NCBI GenBank assembly: GCA_041565275.1 | Contig: JBFGVE010000002.1 | Span: 8,775-72,774 of the forward strand | DNA length: 64,000 nt | Source of the DNA: Bacteroidia bacterium | GTDB lineage: Bacteria; Bacteroidota; Bacteroidia; J057; JADKCL01 | Reading direction: 5' to 3' | Part shown: in pieces, positions 30,108 through 40,593 of the stretch | Numbering within the stretch: the stretch's first letter is position 1 | Layout of the letters: each line of letters opens with the position of its first letter | Translations under genes and position numbers: made by a program | The notes under the pieces: model-generated | Database searches by the model: none | The model's input: only the letters and a program-made list of their open reading frames with translations | Told to the model about the DNA's origin: nothing

Positions 30108-32471
30108 TCAGCCGCTACACATCAGGCAATCTTCGCCGTTTTCGATCTCGCACAGCAGTTCCTCCGCGGTTTTATTCTGACCTGCAGAAGTTTTGCGGTC
30201 ACGTAACATCTGAGCATCCACAGTAAACTTGATCGCATCGGCTGCGGATTTTGTCCTCAGGTAGTACATGCCTGTCTTCAGGCCTTTTTCCCAGGAGTAG
30301 AAGTGCATGGAAGTTAATTTTGCATAATTGGCATCCTGAAGGAAGACATTCATAGACTGACTTTGGCAAATATATGCACCTCTGTCGGCAGCCATTTCGA
30401 TAATGGCTTTTTGCTTGATCTCCCAACTGGTCCTATAAAGCAATTTGAGACTTTCAGGGATATCATCCATGTCTTGAATGGAGCCATTGGCAGCCATTAG
30501 GCGATGTTTCATTTCTTCATCCCACAGCCCCATACTGATGAGGTCATTCATCAGGTGCTTGTTGACAATCACAAATTCTCCGGATAAGGTCCGACGAGAA
30601 TAGATATTGCTTGTATAGGGTTCGAAACATTCATTGTTACCCAAGATTTGAGAAGTGGAAGCAGTTGGCATTGGGGCTACCAAAAGAGAATTGCGTAGCC
30701 CATGCTTTTGTATCTTGTGCTTTAGGTCGATCCAATCCCATCGGTCGGAAGGAGTTACCCCCCACATATCGTATTGCAATTCGCCTTGCGATGCAGGAGA
30801 ACCAGAATAAGTCTCATAGGTTCCATACTTTCTAGCTTGTTCATTCGAAGAGGTCAATGCACCATAATAGATCGTCTCGAAGATGTCCTTGTTCAATTGA
30901 CGGGCTTCTGCACTGTCAAATGGAAAACGCAAAAGCATGAAAGCATCTGCCAATCCTTGTACTCCGATGCCAATTGGACGGTGGCGCAAATTGGACTTCT
31001 CTGCTTCAGGTACCGGGTAGTAGTTGATATCAATGATCTTGTTGAGATTCCGGGTAAGCACCTGAGTGACTTCAAAAAGTCGTTGATGATCAAATTTTCC
31101 ATTGTTAACAAATCGAGAAAGAGATATAGATGCAAGGTTACATACCGCTACTTCATCCGGAGCTGTATACTCAATTATTTCAGTACAGAGATTAGAAGAG
31201 CGGATCGTCCCAAGATTTTTTTGATTTGACTTCCTGTTAGCTGCATCCTTGAAGAGAATGTAGGGCGTTCCGGTTTCGATTTGTGAATCAAGAATTTTGA
31301 ACCAGAGTTCCTGGGCCTTAACGACTTTACGAGCACGGCCTTCAGCTTCGTACTTCAGAAAGAGTTCGTCAAATTCCTCTCCGTGAAGATCTGCCAACCC
31401 AGGAGCCTCATTAGGGCAGAACAAAGGCCAGTTGCCATTTTCTTTAACCCTCCGCATAAACATGTCTGGAACCCAAAGAGCGTAAAACAAATCCCGGGCG
31501 CGGTTTTCTTCTTTTCCGTGGTTCTTTTTCAATTCCAAAAAATCAAAAACGTCTGCATGCCAAGGTTCCAGGTAAATGGCAAAGGCACCTTTACGCTTTC
31601 CTCCACCCTGATCTACATAACGGGCAGTATCGTTGAAAACACGAAGCATTGGAACTATACCATTGGATTTCCCATTGGTACCCTTTATATATGAACCTGT
31701 CGCCCGGATATTGTGAATGCTAAGACCGATTCCCCCCGCTGACTGAGAAATCTCAGCACATTGCTTCAGGGTAGCAAAAATCCCGGGAATGCTATCATCC
31801 TTAACCGTCAGAAGAAAACAGGAAGAAAGTTGAGGCTTAGGAGTTCCTGAATTAAAAAGAGTGGGTGTCGCATGGATAAACCACTTTTCAGACATCAAGT
31901 GATAAGTTTCAAGCGCTGCCTCAATGTCTTCTCCGTGGATACCAACTGAGACACGCATCAGCATATGCTGTGGACGCTCACGGATCCTACCATCCATTTT
32001 CAGGAGGTAAGATCTCTCCAGCGTTTTGAAACCGAAATAGTCGAAGTTGTAATCCCGGTCGTAAATAATAGTTGAATCCAGTAGATCAGCGTATTTTTTG
32101 ACAACTGACATGGTAAAGTCAGAGATCAAGGGAGCGGATTCGCCAGTTTTCGGATCGACATATCTATGCAGCTTCTCCATTGTTTTGGAGAATGATTTTT
32201 CTGTCTGCTTGTGGAGATTGGAAATCGCAATACGGGCAGCTAAAATAGCGTAGTCCGGGTGCTTGGTAGTCAATGAGGCCGCTGTTTCAGCAGCAAGGTT
32301 GTCGAGATCGGTAGTTTTTACACTGTCATAGACCCCCTCAATCACCTTTTTAGCGACGTTTATGGGTTCGATATAATTGGGATCAAGTCCGTAAACCAGT
32401 TTTGTGATCCGAGCGGTGATCTTATCGAACTTCACCGGTTCTTTTTTTCCGCTCCGCTTTATTACATACAT
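30108..32471 (-). CDS. nrdA: Ribonucleoside-diphosphate reductase, class Ia large subunit
   Basis: 787 aa with an N-terminal ATP-cone ([18 protein letters not shown]). The active-site region has SSCFL and NLCTEI, and the C-terminal tail has CLMCSG. Confidence 0.95.
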   Translation of the reverse strand: MYVIKRSGKKEPVKFDKITARITKLVYGLDPNYIEPINVAKKVIEGVYDSVKTTDLDNLAAETAASLTTKHPDYAILAARIAISNLHKQTEKSFSKTMEKLHRYVDPKTGESAPLISDFTMSVVKKYADLLDSTIIYDRDYNFDYFGFKTLERSYLLKMDGRIRERPQHMLMRVSVGIHGEDIEAALETYHLMSEKWFIHATPTLFNSGTPKPQLSSCFLLTVKDDSIPGIFATLKQCAEISQSAGGIGLSIHNIRATGSYIKGTNGKSNGIVPMLRVFNDTARYVDQGGGKRKGAFAIYLEPWHADVFDFLELKKNHGKEENRARDLFYALWVPDMFMRRVKENGNWPLFCPNEAPGLADLHGEEFDELFLKYEAEGRARKVVKAQELWFKILDSQIETGTPYILFKDAANRKSNQKNLGTIRSSNLCTEIIEYTAPDEVAVCNLASISLSRFVNNGKFDHQRLFEVTQVLTRNLNKIIDINYYPVPEAEKSNLRHRPIGIGVQGLADAFMLLRFPFDSAEARQLNKDIFETIYYGALTSSNEQARKYGTYETYSGSPASQGELQYDMWGVTPSDRWDWIDLKHKIQKHGLRNSLLVAPMPTASTSQILGNNECFEPYTSNIYSRRTLSGEFVIVNKHLMNDLISMGLWDEEMKHRLMAANGSIQDMDDIPESLKLLYRTSWEIKQKAIIEMAADRGAYICQSQSMNVFLQDANYAKLTSMHFYSWEKGLKTGMYYLRTKSAADAIKFTVDAQMLRDRKTSAGQNKTAEELLCEIENGEDCLMCSG

Positions 32472-32515
32472 GTTTGGTAGTTGTAAATGTGGTTCTTGGG
32501 TGGGTATTAAAAAAT

Positions 32516-33478
32516 TTAAAATTCTTCGTCTAAGGTAAATACCTGGTCTTCCTTATTGCTCATCACACCAGACTTCTGGTACTCGGCCACCCGCTTTTCA
32601 AAGAAATTGGTCTTCCCTTGCAGCGAAATCAGATCCATCCAGGGAAAGGGGTTAGCTGTCCCGTAGGCTTTGCTGTATCCGAGGGTGATCAGAAGACGAT
32701 CCGCAACAAACTCGATATACTCAGACATCATCTTGGCATTCATTCCGATCAATGACACCGGGAGAGCATCGCTTACGAATTCTTTCTCAATAGCGACAGC
32801 CTGAGTAATGATATCTCGGATGCGGTACTCCTCTGGTTTATCTTCGATCATAGAATATAACAGACAGGCAAAATCGCAATGTAAACCCTCGTCCCGGCTG
32901 ATCAACTCATTAGAGAAAGTCAGGCCTGGCATCAAGCCACGCTTTTTTAGCCAGAAAATAGAACAGAAACTTCCAGAGAAGAAGATACCCTCCACCGCGG
33001 CAAAAGCAACCAAGCGTTCTGCAAAAGAGGCATCATCACCAATCCAGTTCAGAGCCCAATTGGCCTTTTTTTGAACACATTTTACGGTTTCCAAAGCATG
33101 AAAAAGACGATCCTTTTCCTTTGCATCCTTGATGTAGGTATCGATCAAAAGGCTGTAAGTTTCCGAATGGATATTTTCGATGGCAATCTGGAACCCATAA
33201 AAACAACGGGCTTCGGGAACCTGCACTTCAGCAAGAAAACGTTCTGCAAGATTCTCATTTACAATTCCGTCACTTGCAGCAAAGAATGCAAGTACGTGTT
33301 TGATGAAGTGACGTTCATCGGAAGAGAGGGATTCCCAATCAGAAAGGTCTTGGGTCAGATCAATCTCCTCGGCAGTCCAAAAGCTGGCTTCCGCTTGTTT
33401 GTACATTGACCAAATCTCAGATTCCTTAATCGGAAACAAGACAAAACGGTCCTTATTTTCTTTTAGTAATGGCTCCAT
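32516..33478 (-). CDS. nrdB: Ribonucleoside-diphosphate reductase, class Ia small subunit
   Basis: 320 aa. The diiron/tyrosyl ligand regions are [10 protein letters not shown] and SRDEGLH, and the C-terminus is FTLDEEF. Confidence 0.95.
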   Translation of the reverse strand: MEPLLKENKDRFVLFPIKESEIWSMYKQAEASFWTAEEIDLTQDLSDWESLSSDERHFIKHVLAFFAASDGIVNENLAERFLAEVQVPEARCFYGFQIAIENIHSETYSLLIDTYIKDAKEKDRLFHALETVKCVQKKANWALNWIGDDASFAERLVAFAAVEGIFFSGSFCSIFWLKKRGLMPGLTFSNELISRDEGLHCDFACLLYSMIEDKPEEYRIRDIITQAVAIEKEFVSDALPVSLIGMNAKMMSEYIEFVADRLLITLGYSKAYGTANPFPWMDLISLQGKTNFFEKRVAEYQKSGVMSNKEDQVFTLDEEF

Positions 33479-33891
33479 ATACCTGAACGGGGTTATTTTT
33501 AGTTGCTACTCTAAGTTAAAATCTCAAAAATTTATCAATCGATAAACCACTTCGACCTGCATCTGCGATCACATACGCAAACAACTTCTTCATGAATTTT
33601 TCCCGGCCGTGGTCAATGACTGAGGACACAATGATAGCTCTATTTTGCCTACTATCTCAAGGTACTTTTTCAACATAGATTACGGGGATAAAAAATTAAT
33701 GGATTAAAATCCAAGTATTTAACCATGTACAAATCATCTGAGACTGTTTATAATTAATTGTTGTATTCTCCCTTGAAAAATAGGCTGATATCTGTTTGGA
33801 ATTCATATTTTTAATATTAAAAGTGCGTGTGAATACGGGTTTAAACGCTTTGTTAAAACGGCTTAACTGACTGGCAATGAGTGTACCTTTC

Positions 33892-35058
33892 TCAGTACAA
33901 TTGAAAAGGGTTGATGGAAAAGCAGGTTAAAAAAATTATCAGTGCTACCCAGCCTAAGATCTTACGTTTCAGATCAAGGGGTGTGTCATCCGGAGCGCCG
34001 GGATGATCTACTCCGATCATAGTTACTGCCAGCAAAGCATAGACAAGCCAAATAAGGTTCACCTGTACCTCGGGAAATAAATACTTGATCCCAAACTGGA
34101 GCAACATGACGAGCACTGACAAAGTTATGTGTAAAGGAAACTTCCAACTAGGATGGATCCTTTGCAATACGAGCATCAGGAAACCAAAATAGATGAGAAA
34201 GATCAACCCATAATTCCCTACATAAGCCCAAAGGTGCCCCCAAACATTTTGGTCATATTGTGGTAACTCCATCAGCCCTGTCCCACCGAAAAACACCAAG
34301 GCCACTACTGCCAATCGGCTGATAATGCAATGTACCTTTCTGCCAAACAAGCCGTATACAACATGGCCTCCGTCAAGCTGGCCGATGGGAAGCAAGTTCA
34401 AGGCTGTAAAAAACAAGGTCAGATATCCTACAAAGAGAAGCGGGTAGTGCATTACTTCATGTCCGGGCGGTAGCAGGGGGGGATTGGCAAAGAGGGTGGC
34501 CAATCCATTGTAGATAATGTTTGTGCCTGTTGAGATGACCGGGGCACCCCTGGAGGCTTTAATGGCCTCTTCCAAGGTCCAGATATGGTCCAGGTGTATC
34601 ATTGCCGGATGAAGTTCCCCCAAGTATCCGGTCCAAGGTGATTCCGGGAGCATCAGAAAACCGGTAATCAGCATGATCACCGACACCAAAAAGCCCGCCA
34701 GTGGGCCTGCAACACCGATATCAAAATATTTTTTCCGACTGGGAGGTAGCTCCCGGATGCGGATCACTGCACCAAAAGACCCGATGTTCATCATCATAAA
34801 AGGGATGAAAATAGGGATGTAGTAGGGGAGTGAGGTCCGAACATGGTGATAGCGGGCTGTAAAATAGTGGCCAAACTCATGTACAGTCAGAAAAGCAAGA
34901 AATGCGAATGAAAACAACCAACCTTCGCCAAGTTGAGCAAAGGTGAGGTCTCCCCAATAGAAAGCATTCGCGGTCCGCAGTTCTGCCCCTGCCATCAGGG
35001 TAGTAAACACTGTAACCAAAAAGAGAACAATATGAATTAGGTATCCGTGTTTTTTCAT
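33892..35058 (-). CDS. Site-2 protease (M50) family membrane metalloprotease
   Basis: 388 aa and polytopic, with HExxH in TVHEFGHYFTARY and a later LNLLPIGQLDGGHV motif. Confidence 0.8.
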   Translation of the reverse strand: MKKHGYLIHIVLFLVTVFTTLMAGAELRTANAFYWGDLTFAQLGEGWLFSFAFLAFLTVHEFGHYFTARYHHVRTSLPYYIPIFIPFMMMNIGSFGAVIRIRELPPSRKKYFDIGVAGPLAGFLVSVIMLITGFLMLPESPWTGYLGELHPAMIHLDHIWTLEEAIKASRGAPVISTGTNIIYNGLATLFANPPLLPPGHEVMHYPLLFVGYLTLFFTALNLLPIGQLDGGHVVYGLFGRKVHCIISRLAVVALVFFGGTGLMELPQYDQNVWGHLWAYVGNYGLIFLIYFGFLMLVLQRIHPSWKFPLHITLSVLVMLLQFGIKYLFPEVQVNLIWLVYALLAVTMIGVDHPGAPDDTPLDLKRKILGWVALIIFLTCFSINPFQLY

Positions 35059-35142
35059 AATCAGCCGGAATGATCCGGTTGCATTTCCTATATTTACGCT
35101 GCCGACACAAATTTATCTAATAAAGCTGATTCTCCACCTTTT

Positions 35143-36276
35143 ATGATCAAAACGGGTCCATACGAGACAATTCAACAGTTTTGGCAAGGTTTGTTGCCCG
35201 CTGACAGGGCGGATCAGCCCTGCTTGTACACGCGCTATAGGGAGCGGTTTCGCCCTTGCTCTTACAAGGACTTGAATGCCCAGGCCCATTGTGCTGCGAG
35301 TTTTCTGATGAACAGGGGACTCCAGAAAGGTCAAACGGTGGGCTTCTTGTCCCCACCCTGCCTTTCAGCCATCATATTTGACCTGGCCCTACAATTCGTC
35401 GGAGCTGTTGGTATCCACTTGCCGGCGAGTCTCAGCACCGCAGAAATCGAAAGGCTCGCAGAAAAATATCAATTTCAATTCTTGTTTGTAGGTGACCACT
35501 CGACTTACTCTTACCACCGAGAATTCAGCAACCTGAAATCAGCCCTCAAGGGTTTTTTTCTTGAAACCGAGGATGCTGACGGGCTGTCCTCGGACAACCT
35601 TATGACCTTCGATGTTATGGTGCTGAGGGGCAAGAATATCTGGCGTGAACAAAAAGAATTCGTCAAGGAGATGAAGTCAGCAGTCAGATCAGGAGATGTT
35701 TACGCCATGTTTCCCAAGTCACCGGAAGAGCCTACCGAGATGGTTCCCATTCGGTACCAAAAAGTACTGCGGGACCTTTCCACAGCGCGTGAGAGCCTCG
35801 TTGCCGGTAATCGGGTCAATATTGTCGCAACCACATCGGACGACCGGTACCTACACCATATCTTCGGTACCTTTGCCCCGATCGCCAACCATCACCCCCT
35901 TTACCTGATCTCTCCCGATTCTCTCAATGCAGTGATCACCGCTGATATTCGACCCGGCCAGTTGGTCGGTACACCTTCAGATGTCGAAAAGATGTACCAG
36001 TTACTCCCTGATCAGTTTCTGGGCAAAGCCGGAGAAACGGACTTAAGCAAAGCACAGAAATTGATTGACATCCAGGAAGAAGCAGCCCGGTCGGGGAAGA
36101 AGCCATCCTTCATGAAAAACATGAAGTACCGCTCCCACAACCAGCGCCTTTATAAGCAAGTCCGCAAAAAGCTAGGAGGACAGCTTACCCAGATTGTATG
36201 TGATTACCAGGAACCCGAACACAAGGTCAGCAGATTTATTCGTGAATGTGGAATTGAAATTCAGGTAATAGATTAG
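35143..36276 (+). CDS. Acyl-CoA synthetase (AMP-binding/ANL) -like protein, truncated and lacking the P-loop motif
   Basis: 377 aa. The N-terminal two-thirds follows the ANL layout (YKDLNAQAHCAASFLMNRGLQKGQTVGFLS..VGAVGIHLP). The expected TSGTTGxPKG position reads MFPKSPEEPTEM. The ORF stops at ..GIEIQVID, just where the GYGxTE motif would begin. Confidence 0.5.
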   Translation: MIKTGPYETIQQFWQGLLPADRADQPCLYTRYRERFRPCSYKDLNAQAHCAASFLMNRGLQKGQTVGFLSPPCLSAIIFDLALQFVGAVGIHLPASLSTAEIERLAEKYQFQFLFVGDHSTYSYHREFSNLKSALKGFFLETEDADGLSSDNLMTFDVMVLRGKNIWREQKEFVKEMKSAVRSGDVYAMFPKSPEEPTEMVPIRYQKVLRDLSTARESLVAGNRVNIVATTSDDRYLHHIFGTFAPIANHHPLYLISPDSLNAVITADIRPGQLVGTPSDVEKMYQLLPDQFLGKAGETDLSKAQKLIDIQEEAARSGKKPSFMKNMKYRSHNQRLYKQVRKKLGGQLTQIVCDYQEPEHKVSRFIRECGIEIQVID

Positions 36277-36281
36277 CATTC

Positions 36282-36572
36282 ATGAAAGACCCCAACCAAA
36301 TGTCAATTGGTGAAGCCATTCAGGCCTATCTCAAAGAAAGAGGGTTGTCTTCAGATTTCGCGATACAGGAAATCCTCTCGGCCTGGCCCAGAATCATGGG
36401 GAAAGCCATTGCTGAGAATACCGAGAAGGCTTGGTTCAACAACGGGACGTTCTACATCAAGATGCGGACTCCGGTCTGGAAAAATGAACTTTCTATGGCT
36501 AGATCAACGATCAAAGAAATCCTTAACCGCGAAGTGGGGGAAAACCTTATCAACGAAGTTCGGATTTTTTAA
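36282..36572 (+). CDS. DUF721-domain protein
   Basis: 96 aa. The size and pattern (W..I.G..IA..T....F.NGTL.I....VW..EL) resemble DUF721 proteins. Confidence 0.55.
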   Translation: MKDPNQMSIGEAIQAYLKERGLSSDFAIQEILSAWPRIMGKAIAENTEKAWFNNGTFYIKMRTPVWKNELSMARSTIKEILNREVGENLINEVRIF

Positions 36573-36584
36573 ATATCTCAAGGC

Positions 36585-37364
36585 ATGTCTTTCATATCAC
36601 AGGTCCCTAATCTGATTACCCTTGGCAATCTTCTTTGCGGTGTGATAGCTATCATGGTTTGCTTGGTGCCCAGTCTGTCCTACGGAGTTGGATACCATCC
36701 CGCAGATGCTATTCTGTGGTTGGTCGGAATAGCTTTTTTCTTTGATTTTATCGATGGTGCTGTGGCACGTGCCCTCAAAGTAACTTCCCCTATGGGAACC
36801 CAACTCGACTCCCTCAGTGATATGGTCACCTTCGGAGTATTACCTGGCATCCTAACCTTTCTTATTTTCAATTCTATTTTCGATATCCCCATCAATGTTG
36901 ATGGGGAACCGAACTCACCCTTCTTCAAGTGGCCGGAGGTGCTCGCCTTTACCTCACTGCTTCTCCCTCTCGCTTCAGCTTACCGACTTGCCAAATTCAA
37001 CGTTGATACCCGTAAAGATGTGTTCTATGGGGTCCCCACCCCAGTTACTGGCATCTTCTTTACTTGTCTCTTCTGGATTTCCCTCCGTGCTGAAGGCGGT
37101 TTTCTCGTCCAGTATATCTTCCACCCCTATGCGCTTTCTGGCACTATCATCTTACTGGCCTTGCTGATGGTTTCTGACTTTCCACTCCTTTCTTTCAAAT
37201 TCAAGTCGTTTGCACTTCGGCCTAATATTAGTCGTTACCTTTTACTAGGAATTTCCCTAATATTGCTCATCGTATGGTCGATCAAAGCTGTGCCTGTCAT
37301 CATGGTCACTTATTTCTTGCTTTCTATCGTCGACCGGCAACTTATAAATAGAACATCTCGATGA
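36585..37364 (+). CDS. pssA: CDP-diacylglycerol--serine O-phosphatidyltransferase (CDP-alcohol phosphatidyltransferase family)
   Basis: 259 aa and polytopic. It carries the motif DFIDGAVARALKVTSPMGTQLDSLSDMV (DGx2ARx8Gx3Dx3D). Confidence 0.85.
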   Translation: MSFISQVPNLITLGNLLCGVIAIMVCLVPSLSYGVGYHPADAILWLVGIAFFFDFIDGAVARALKVTSPMGTQLDSLSDMVTFGVLPGILTFLIFNSIFDIPINVDGEPNSPFFKWPEVLAFTSLLLPLASAYRLAKFNVDTRKDVFYGVPTPVTGIFFTCLFWISLRAEGGFLVQYIFHPYALSGTIILLALLMVSDFPLLSFKFKSFALRPNISRYLLLGISLILLIVWSIKAVPVIMVTYFLLSIVDRQLINRTSR

Positions 37365-37615
37365 AATTTCGTGCTCTGATCAACATCATGCCCCGTCCCG
37401 AACTTCTCGATCCTCAGGGTAAGGCGACCATTCTTGGCCTCTACAACCTCGGCCTCAATCACGTAGAAGATCTTAGGATTGGCAAACGCATTCACCTTGA
37501 CCTGGAGGCCTCTTCTGAGAAAGAAGCTTCAGTTAAGGTAGACGATGCCTGTAAAAAGTTGCTTGCCAATCTTATCATGGAAGACTATGATTTTGAGTTA
37601 AAGGAGCTGCCTTAA
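37361..37615 (+). CDS. purS: Phosphoribosylformylglycinamidine synthase subunit PurS
   Basis: 84 aa with MPRPELLDPQGKA and a typical PurS length and pattern. Confidence 0.88.
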   Translation: MKFRALINIMPRPELLDPQGKATILGLYNLGLNHVEDLRIGKRIHLDLEASSEKEASVKVDDACKKLLANLIMEDYDFELKELP

Positions 37616-37766
37616 GCCACATACTGGCCTTTCTTCAACCTGTTGCTCGATCGCCTCGAAGGGCAGGGCAGCTAAGGTTTCATCTCCCTATTTTCAAACT
37701 TTTCAAGCGGCAACACAACATTTAATTACGTAGATTGTTCTTAACCGAGAATAGCAACAAGAAAAT

Positions 37767-38114
37767 ATGAATACTATGTCCGAGCCCATGGTTTCCATCT
37801 CGCCTAAAGCACATACACAACTGATGAAACTACGTCAGGAGGAGGGGTATGACCCCAGCCATGGAGTCCGCGTTGAAGTCAAGGGGGGTGGCTGTTCTGG
37901 ATTGTCTTATGATCTGAACTTCGAACAATCGGAACGCCCCGGAGATCACGTTTTTGAATACGAAGGCATGAAGGTGTATGTGGGCGCCAAAAGCCTCCTT
38001 TATTTGGTGGGAACCCAACTTGACTTCACTGATGGCTTGAACGGCAATGGCTTTGTGTTTAACAATCCGAATGCTTCCCGTACATGTGCATGCGGAGAGA
38101 GTTTTGCTGTGTAA
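37767..38114 (+). CDS. erpA: Iron-sulfur cluster insertion/assembly protein (HesB/IscA/ErpA family)
   Basis: 115 aa with GGGCSGLSYDL and C-terminal NPNASRTCACGESF. Confidence 0.9.
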   Translation: MNTMSEPMVSISPKAHTQLMKLRQEEGYDPSHGVRVEVKGGGCSGLSYDLNFEQSERPGDHVFEYEGMKVYVGAKSLLYLVGTQLDFTDGLNGNGFVFNNPNASRTCACGESFAV

Positions 38115-38126
38115 AGATTGAGTGAG

Positions 38127-38162
38127 GGAAGTGGGAATCTTAAAAGTGTCGCACCCACTTCC
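38127..38162. terminator. Perfect 9-bp inverted repeat between convergent genes (possible bidirectional terminator hairpin)
   Basis: GGAAGTGGG (38127..38135) and CCCACTTCC (38154..38162) flank an 18-nt loop. The repeat sits between the erpA-like stop (38114) and the HMG-CoA lyase stop (38167). There is no clear U-tract. Confidence 0.35.
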
Positions 38163-38166
38163 ATAA

Positions 38167-39015
38167 TCAGGTAAACACCTGAGCGGCCATAAACACGGCT
38201 TTGTTTACAGCTGCTGGATTCAGGCCCATCTCCACGCCTTTTTCTGTGAAATACTCAATTAGGCTTTCTGTGGCAATGTTCCCTACCAAGTCGTCTTCCG
38301 CAAATGGACAACCGCCAAAACCCATGATTGCTCCATCAAACCGACGACAACCACCCTGCCAAGCCGCCTCAAGTTTTTCTTTCCTATCCTTGGGAGCTGC
38401 ATGGAAATGTGCTCCGAATTCAACTTCCGGAAATCGGGGGATCAATTCTGAGAAAATTTGATTGATCGCTAAAGCATCAGCCGTTCCAATGGTGTCTGCT
38501 AAGGAAATAATCTTTATCCCTATCGCTGTCATTTTCTCGACCCAATTCCCCGCTAGGACTGGGGACCAGGGATCATTGTAGGGATTTCCAAACCCCATTG
38601 ATATGTAGATTACCAGTTCTTTGCCATGGGTCTGGCACAATGCCTGTACCTCACGAACAACTTCCACAGACTGGATAATCGTTTTGCGGGTATTGCGAAG
38701 TTGGAATGTCTCTGAGATGGAAAATGGATATCCCAGGTACCGGATTTGAGGGTGTTTACAGGCACTGATGGCACCGCGTACATTGGCAACAATAGCGAGC
38801 AACTTGGTCTGTGTATTCAGTAAGTCTAATTCTGCCAGCACTTCAGCAGTATCTGCCAGTTGGGGAATGGCTTTGGGTGAGACAAAAGACCCAAAATCGA
38901 GAGTGTCAAATCCAACCTTGAGCAATTGGTTGAGATAGTCAATCTTGATTGCGGTGGGGATGGGACGTTTCCATCCCTGCATAGCGTCACGGGGGCATTC
39001 GATGAGTTTCACCAT
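38167..39015 (-). CDS. Hydroxymethylglutaryl-CoA lyase
   Basis: From the ATG at 39015: MVKLIECPRDAMQG.., then FVSPKAIPQLAD, SLADTIG and HFH. This is the HMGL-like TIM-barrel pattern. The track start at 39045 is a TTG. Confidence 0.85.
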   Translation of the reverse strand: MVKLIECPRDAMQGWKRPIPTAIKIDYLNQLLKVGFDTLDFGSFVSPKAIPQLADTAEVLAELDLLNTQTKLLAIVANVRGAISACKHPQIRYLGYPFSISETFQLRNTRKTIIQSVEVVREVQALCQTHGKELVIYISMGFGNPYNDPWSPVLAGNWVEKMTAIGIKIISLADTIGTADALAINQIFSELIPRFPEVEFGAHFHAAPKDRKEKLEAAWQGGCRRFDGAIMGFGGCPFAEDDLVGNIATESLIEYFTEKGVEMGLNPAAVNKAVFMAAQVFT

Positions 39016-39069
39016 ATAATTATAAATTTCCTTAACTTCAGGCAAACATCACAATAAAATAGACTTCGA

Positions 39070-39600
39070 ATGGGGAAATTCAACACCATCAACTTAAAGA
39101 GTTGGATCGAAGAGAACCGACATCTGCTTAAGCCACCTGTGGGGAATAAACAAATCTGGAGACAAGTTGAGGATTTCATCGTAATGGTGGTAGGTGGTCC
39201 GAATGTGCGCACAGATTATCATTACAACGAAAGTGAAGAGTTTTTTTATCAACTGGAAGGCAATATGGTCTTGCGGGTGATCGATGAAGGCAAGCCTGTT
39301 GACATCCCTATTTCGGCTGGAGAGATTTTCCTGCTGCCTGCCAAGGTTCCTCACTCTCCACAGCGTGAAGCAAATTCGGTCGGTCTTGTTATTGAAAAAG
39401 TCCGCGAAGGAGGAATGACGGACGGTCTCCAGTGGTATTGTGCTAATTGTGACAACCGTATCTTTGAAGAGTATTTTTTCATGAAGGACATCGTATCTCA
39501 GATGCAACCGGTCTTCGAAAAGTTTTATCGTTCCGAAGAAAACCGAACCTGTAATAAGTGCGGTACTTTGCATCCAGCACCTGAGAAATTCCGCAGCTAG
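39070..39600 (+). CDS. nbaC: 3-hydroxyanthranilate 3,4-dioxygenase
   Basis: 176 aa cupin with [23 protein letters not shown] and [10 protein letters not shown]. The C-terminal CANC..CNKC forms a rubredoxin-like site. Confidence 0.9.
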   Translation: MGKFNTINLKSWIEENRHLLKPPVGNKQIWRQVEDFIVMVVGGPNVRTDYHYNESEEFFYQLEGNMVLRVIDEGKPVDIPISAGEIFLLPAKVPHSPQREANSVGLVIEKVREGGMTDGLQWYCANCDNRIFEEYFFMKDIVSQMQPVFEKFYRSEENRTCNKCGTLHPAPEKFRS

Positions 39601-39918
39601 GATGGGATCTCTTGTACAGGGCATATTGGATGCCTCTTCCAGACTTTTTATTCGCTTTCTTAGATTGACCTCTTAATATTTCGACAGTAGCTATCAACGG
39701 CAAAAGCTCCTTGTTCTCTACCCTTACCATCAGTCTTTCGGGTCGGCAAATCTTTTTGTTGGTTTGGGCTTAACCCTTGTGATTCAGAAAGGCGTAGGTT
39801 AAACTACATGTGGAGAAAGGTAAAAATGGCCAGTGCTACTCCAACTTGAATCATCCGGGGTTATAGTTCCAATTCATTTTGAAGTAATTTTGTTCGATTG
39901 CTTGCTAATGATGTCTTT

Positions 39919-40584
39919 ATGAAAGCTAGTTCGGAGATCGTTGCACTACTGAAAAAGGAGCTGCTCTTAGAATGGAAACAAAAATATGCTCTATACGGTC
40001 TACTGATGTATTCTCTAAGCATGGTGTTTGTAATTTCGATCGGTCTGCAAAATACTCTTCCTCCTCAGGCATGGAACGTAGTTTATTGGTTAATTCTTCT
40101 ATTTGTTTCTGTGAATTCGATCGCCAAAAGCTTTATGAGTGAGTCCGAAGGACAACTGTTGTACATTTACAACCTAGCCAGTGCGCAAAGTATCATTTTG
40201 GCTAAGCTGATCTATAACTGCCTGCTGATGTCCCTCATTGCGGTGATCACGCTTTTGTTCTTCGTCTTTTTTGCTTTCAACGGCAATTTTGGGGACCTCT
40301 CCCAGTACTTGGTGGTTGTAATCGCAGGGAGTTGGACCTTCGCAGCCAACATGAGCATGGTTTCAGCCATTGCAGCCAAAGCAAAGCAACGCACAACTTT
40401 GTTGGCAGTTTTGAGTTTTCCCCTTGTCATTCCTCAAATGTTGGTCTGTATTTCGGCTTCGGGAAAAGCAATTGCAGGCGATCCTTGGGCAAACTCTTTC
40501 GGTGAGATTGCTTTTTGCATTAGCTTTATTGTGATAATTGCCTCGGTATCTGTTATTTTGTTTCCCTTCCTTTGGAGGGATTAA
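39919..40584 (+). CDS. ccmB: Heme exporter membrane protein CcmB
   Basis: About 221 aa from the ATG at 39919 (track start 39898 is a TTG), with 6 hydrophobic segments. It sits immediately upstream of ccmC. The call rests on family pattern and context. Confidence 0.75.
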   Translation: MKASSEIVALLKKELLLEWKQKYALYGLLMYSLSMVFVISIGLQNTLPPQAWNVVYWLILLFVSVNSIAKSFMSESEGQLLYIYNLASAQSIILAKLIYNCLLMSLIAVITLLFFVFFAFNGNFGDLSQYLVVVIAGSWTFAANMSMVSAIAAKAKQRTTLLAVLSFPLVIPQMLVCISASGKAIAGDPWANSFGEIAFCISFIVIIASVSVILFPFLWRD

Positions 40585-40593
40585 AGTCTGGAT

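Noticed and set aside
33620-33680. Candidate NrdR boxes (ACACAATGATAGCTCT and CTACTATCTCAAGGTA) upstream of nrdB.
   Set aside because: Neither is a good palindrome or a good match to the acaCwAtATaTwGtgt consensus. The match is within chance expectation for AT-rich sequence.
39094-39624. 176-aa minus-strand ORF that mirrors the 176-aa HAAO gene (39070..39600) almost exactly.
   Set aside because: The plus-strand product has unmistakable HAAO motifs along its whole length. The antisense product has no recognisable features. I treat it as a shadow ORF produced by the codon bias of the real gene.
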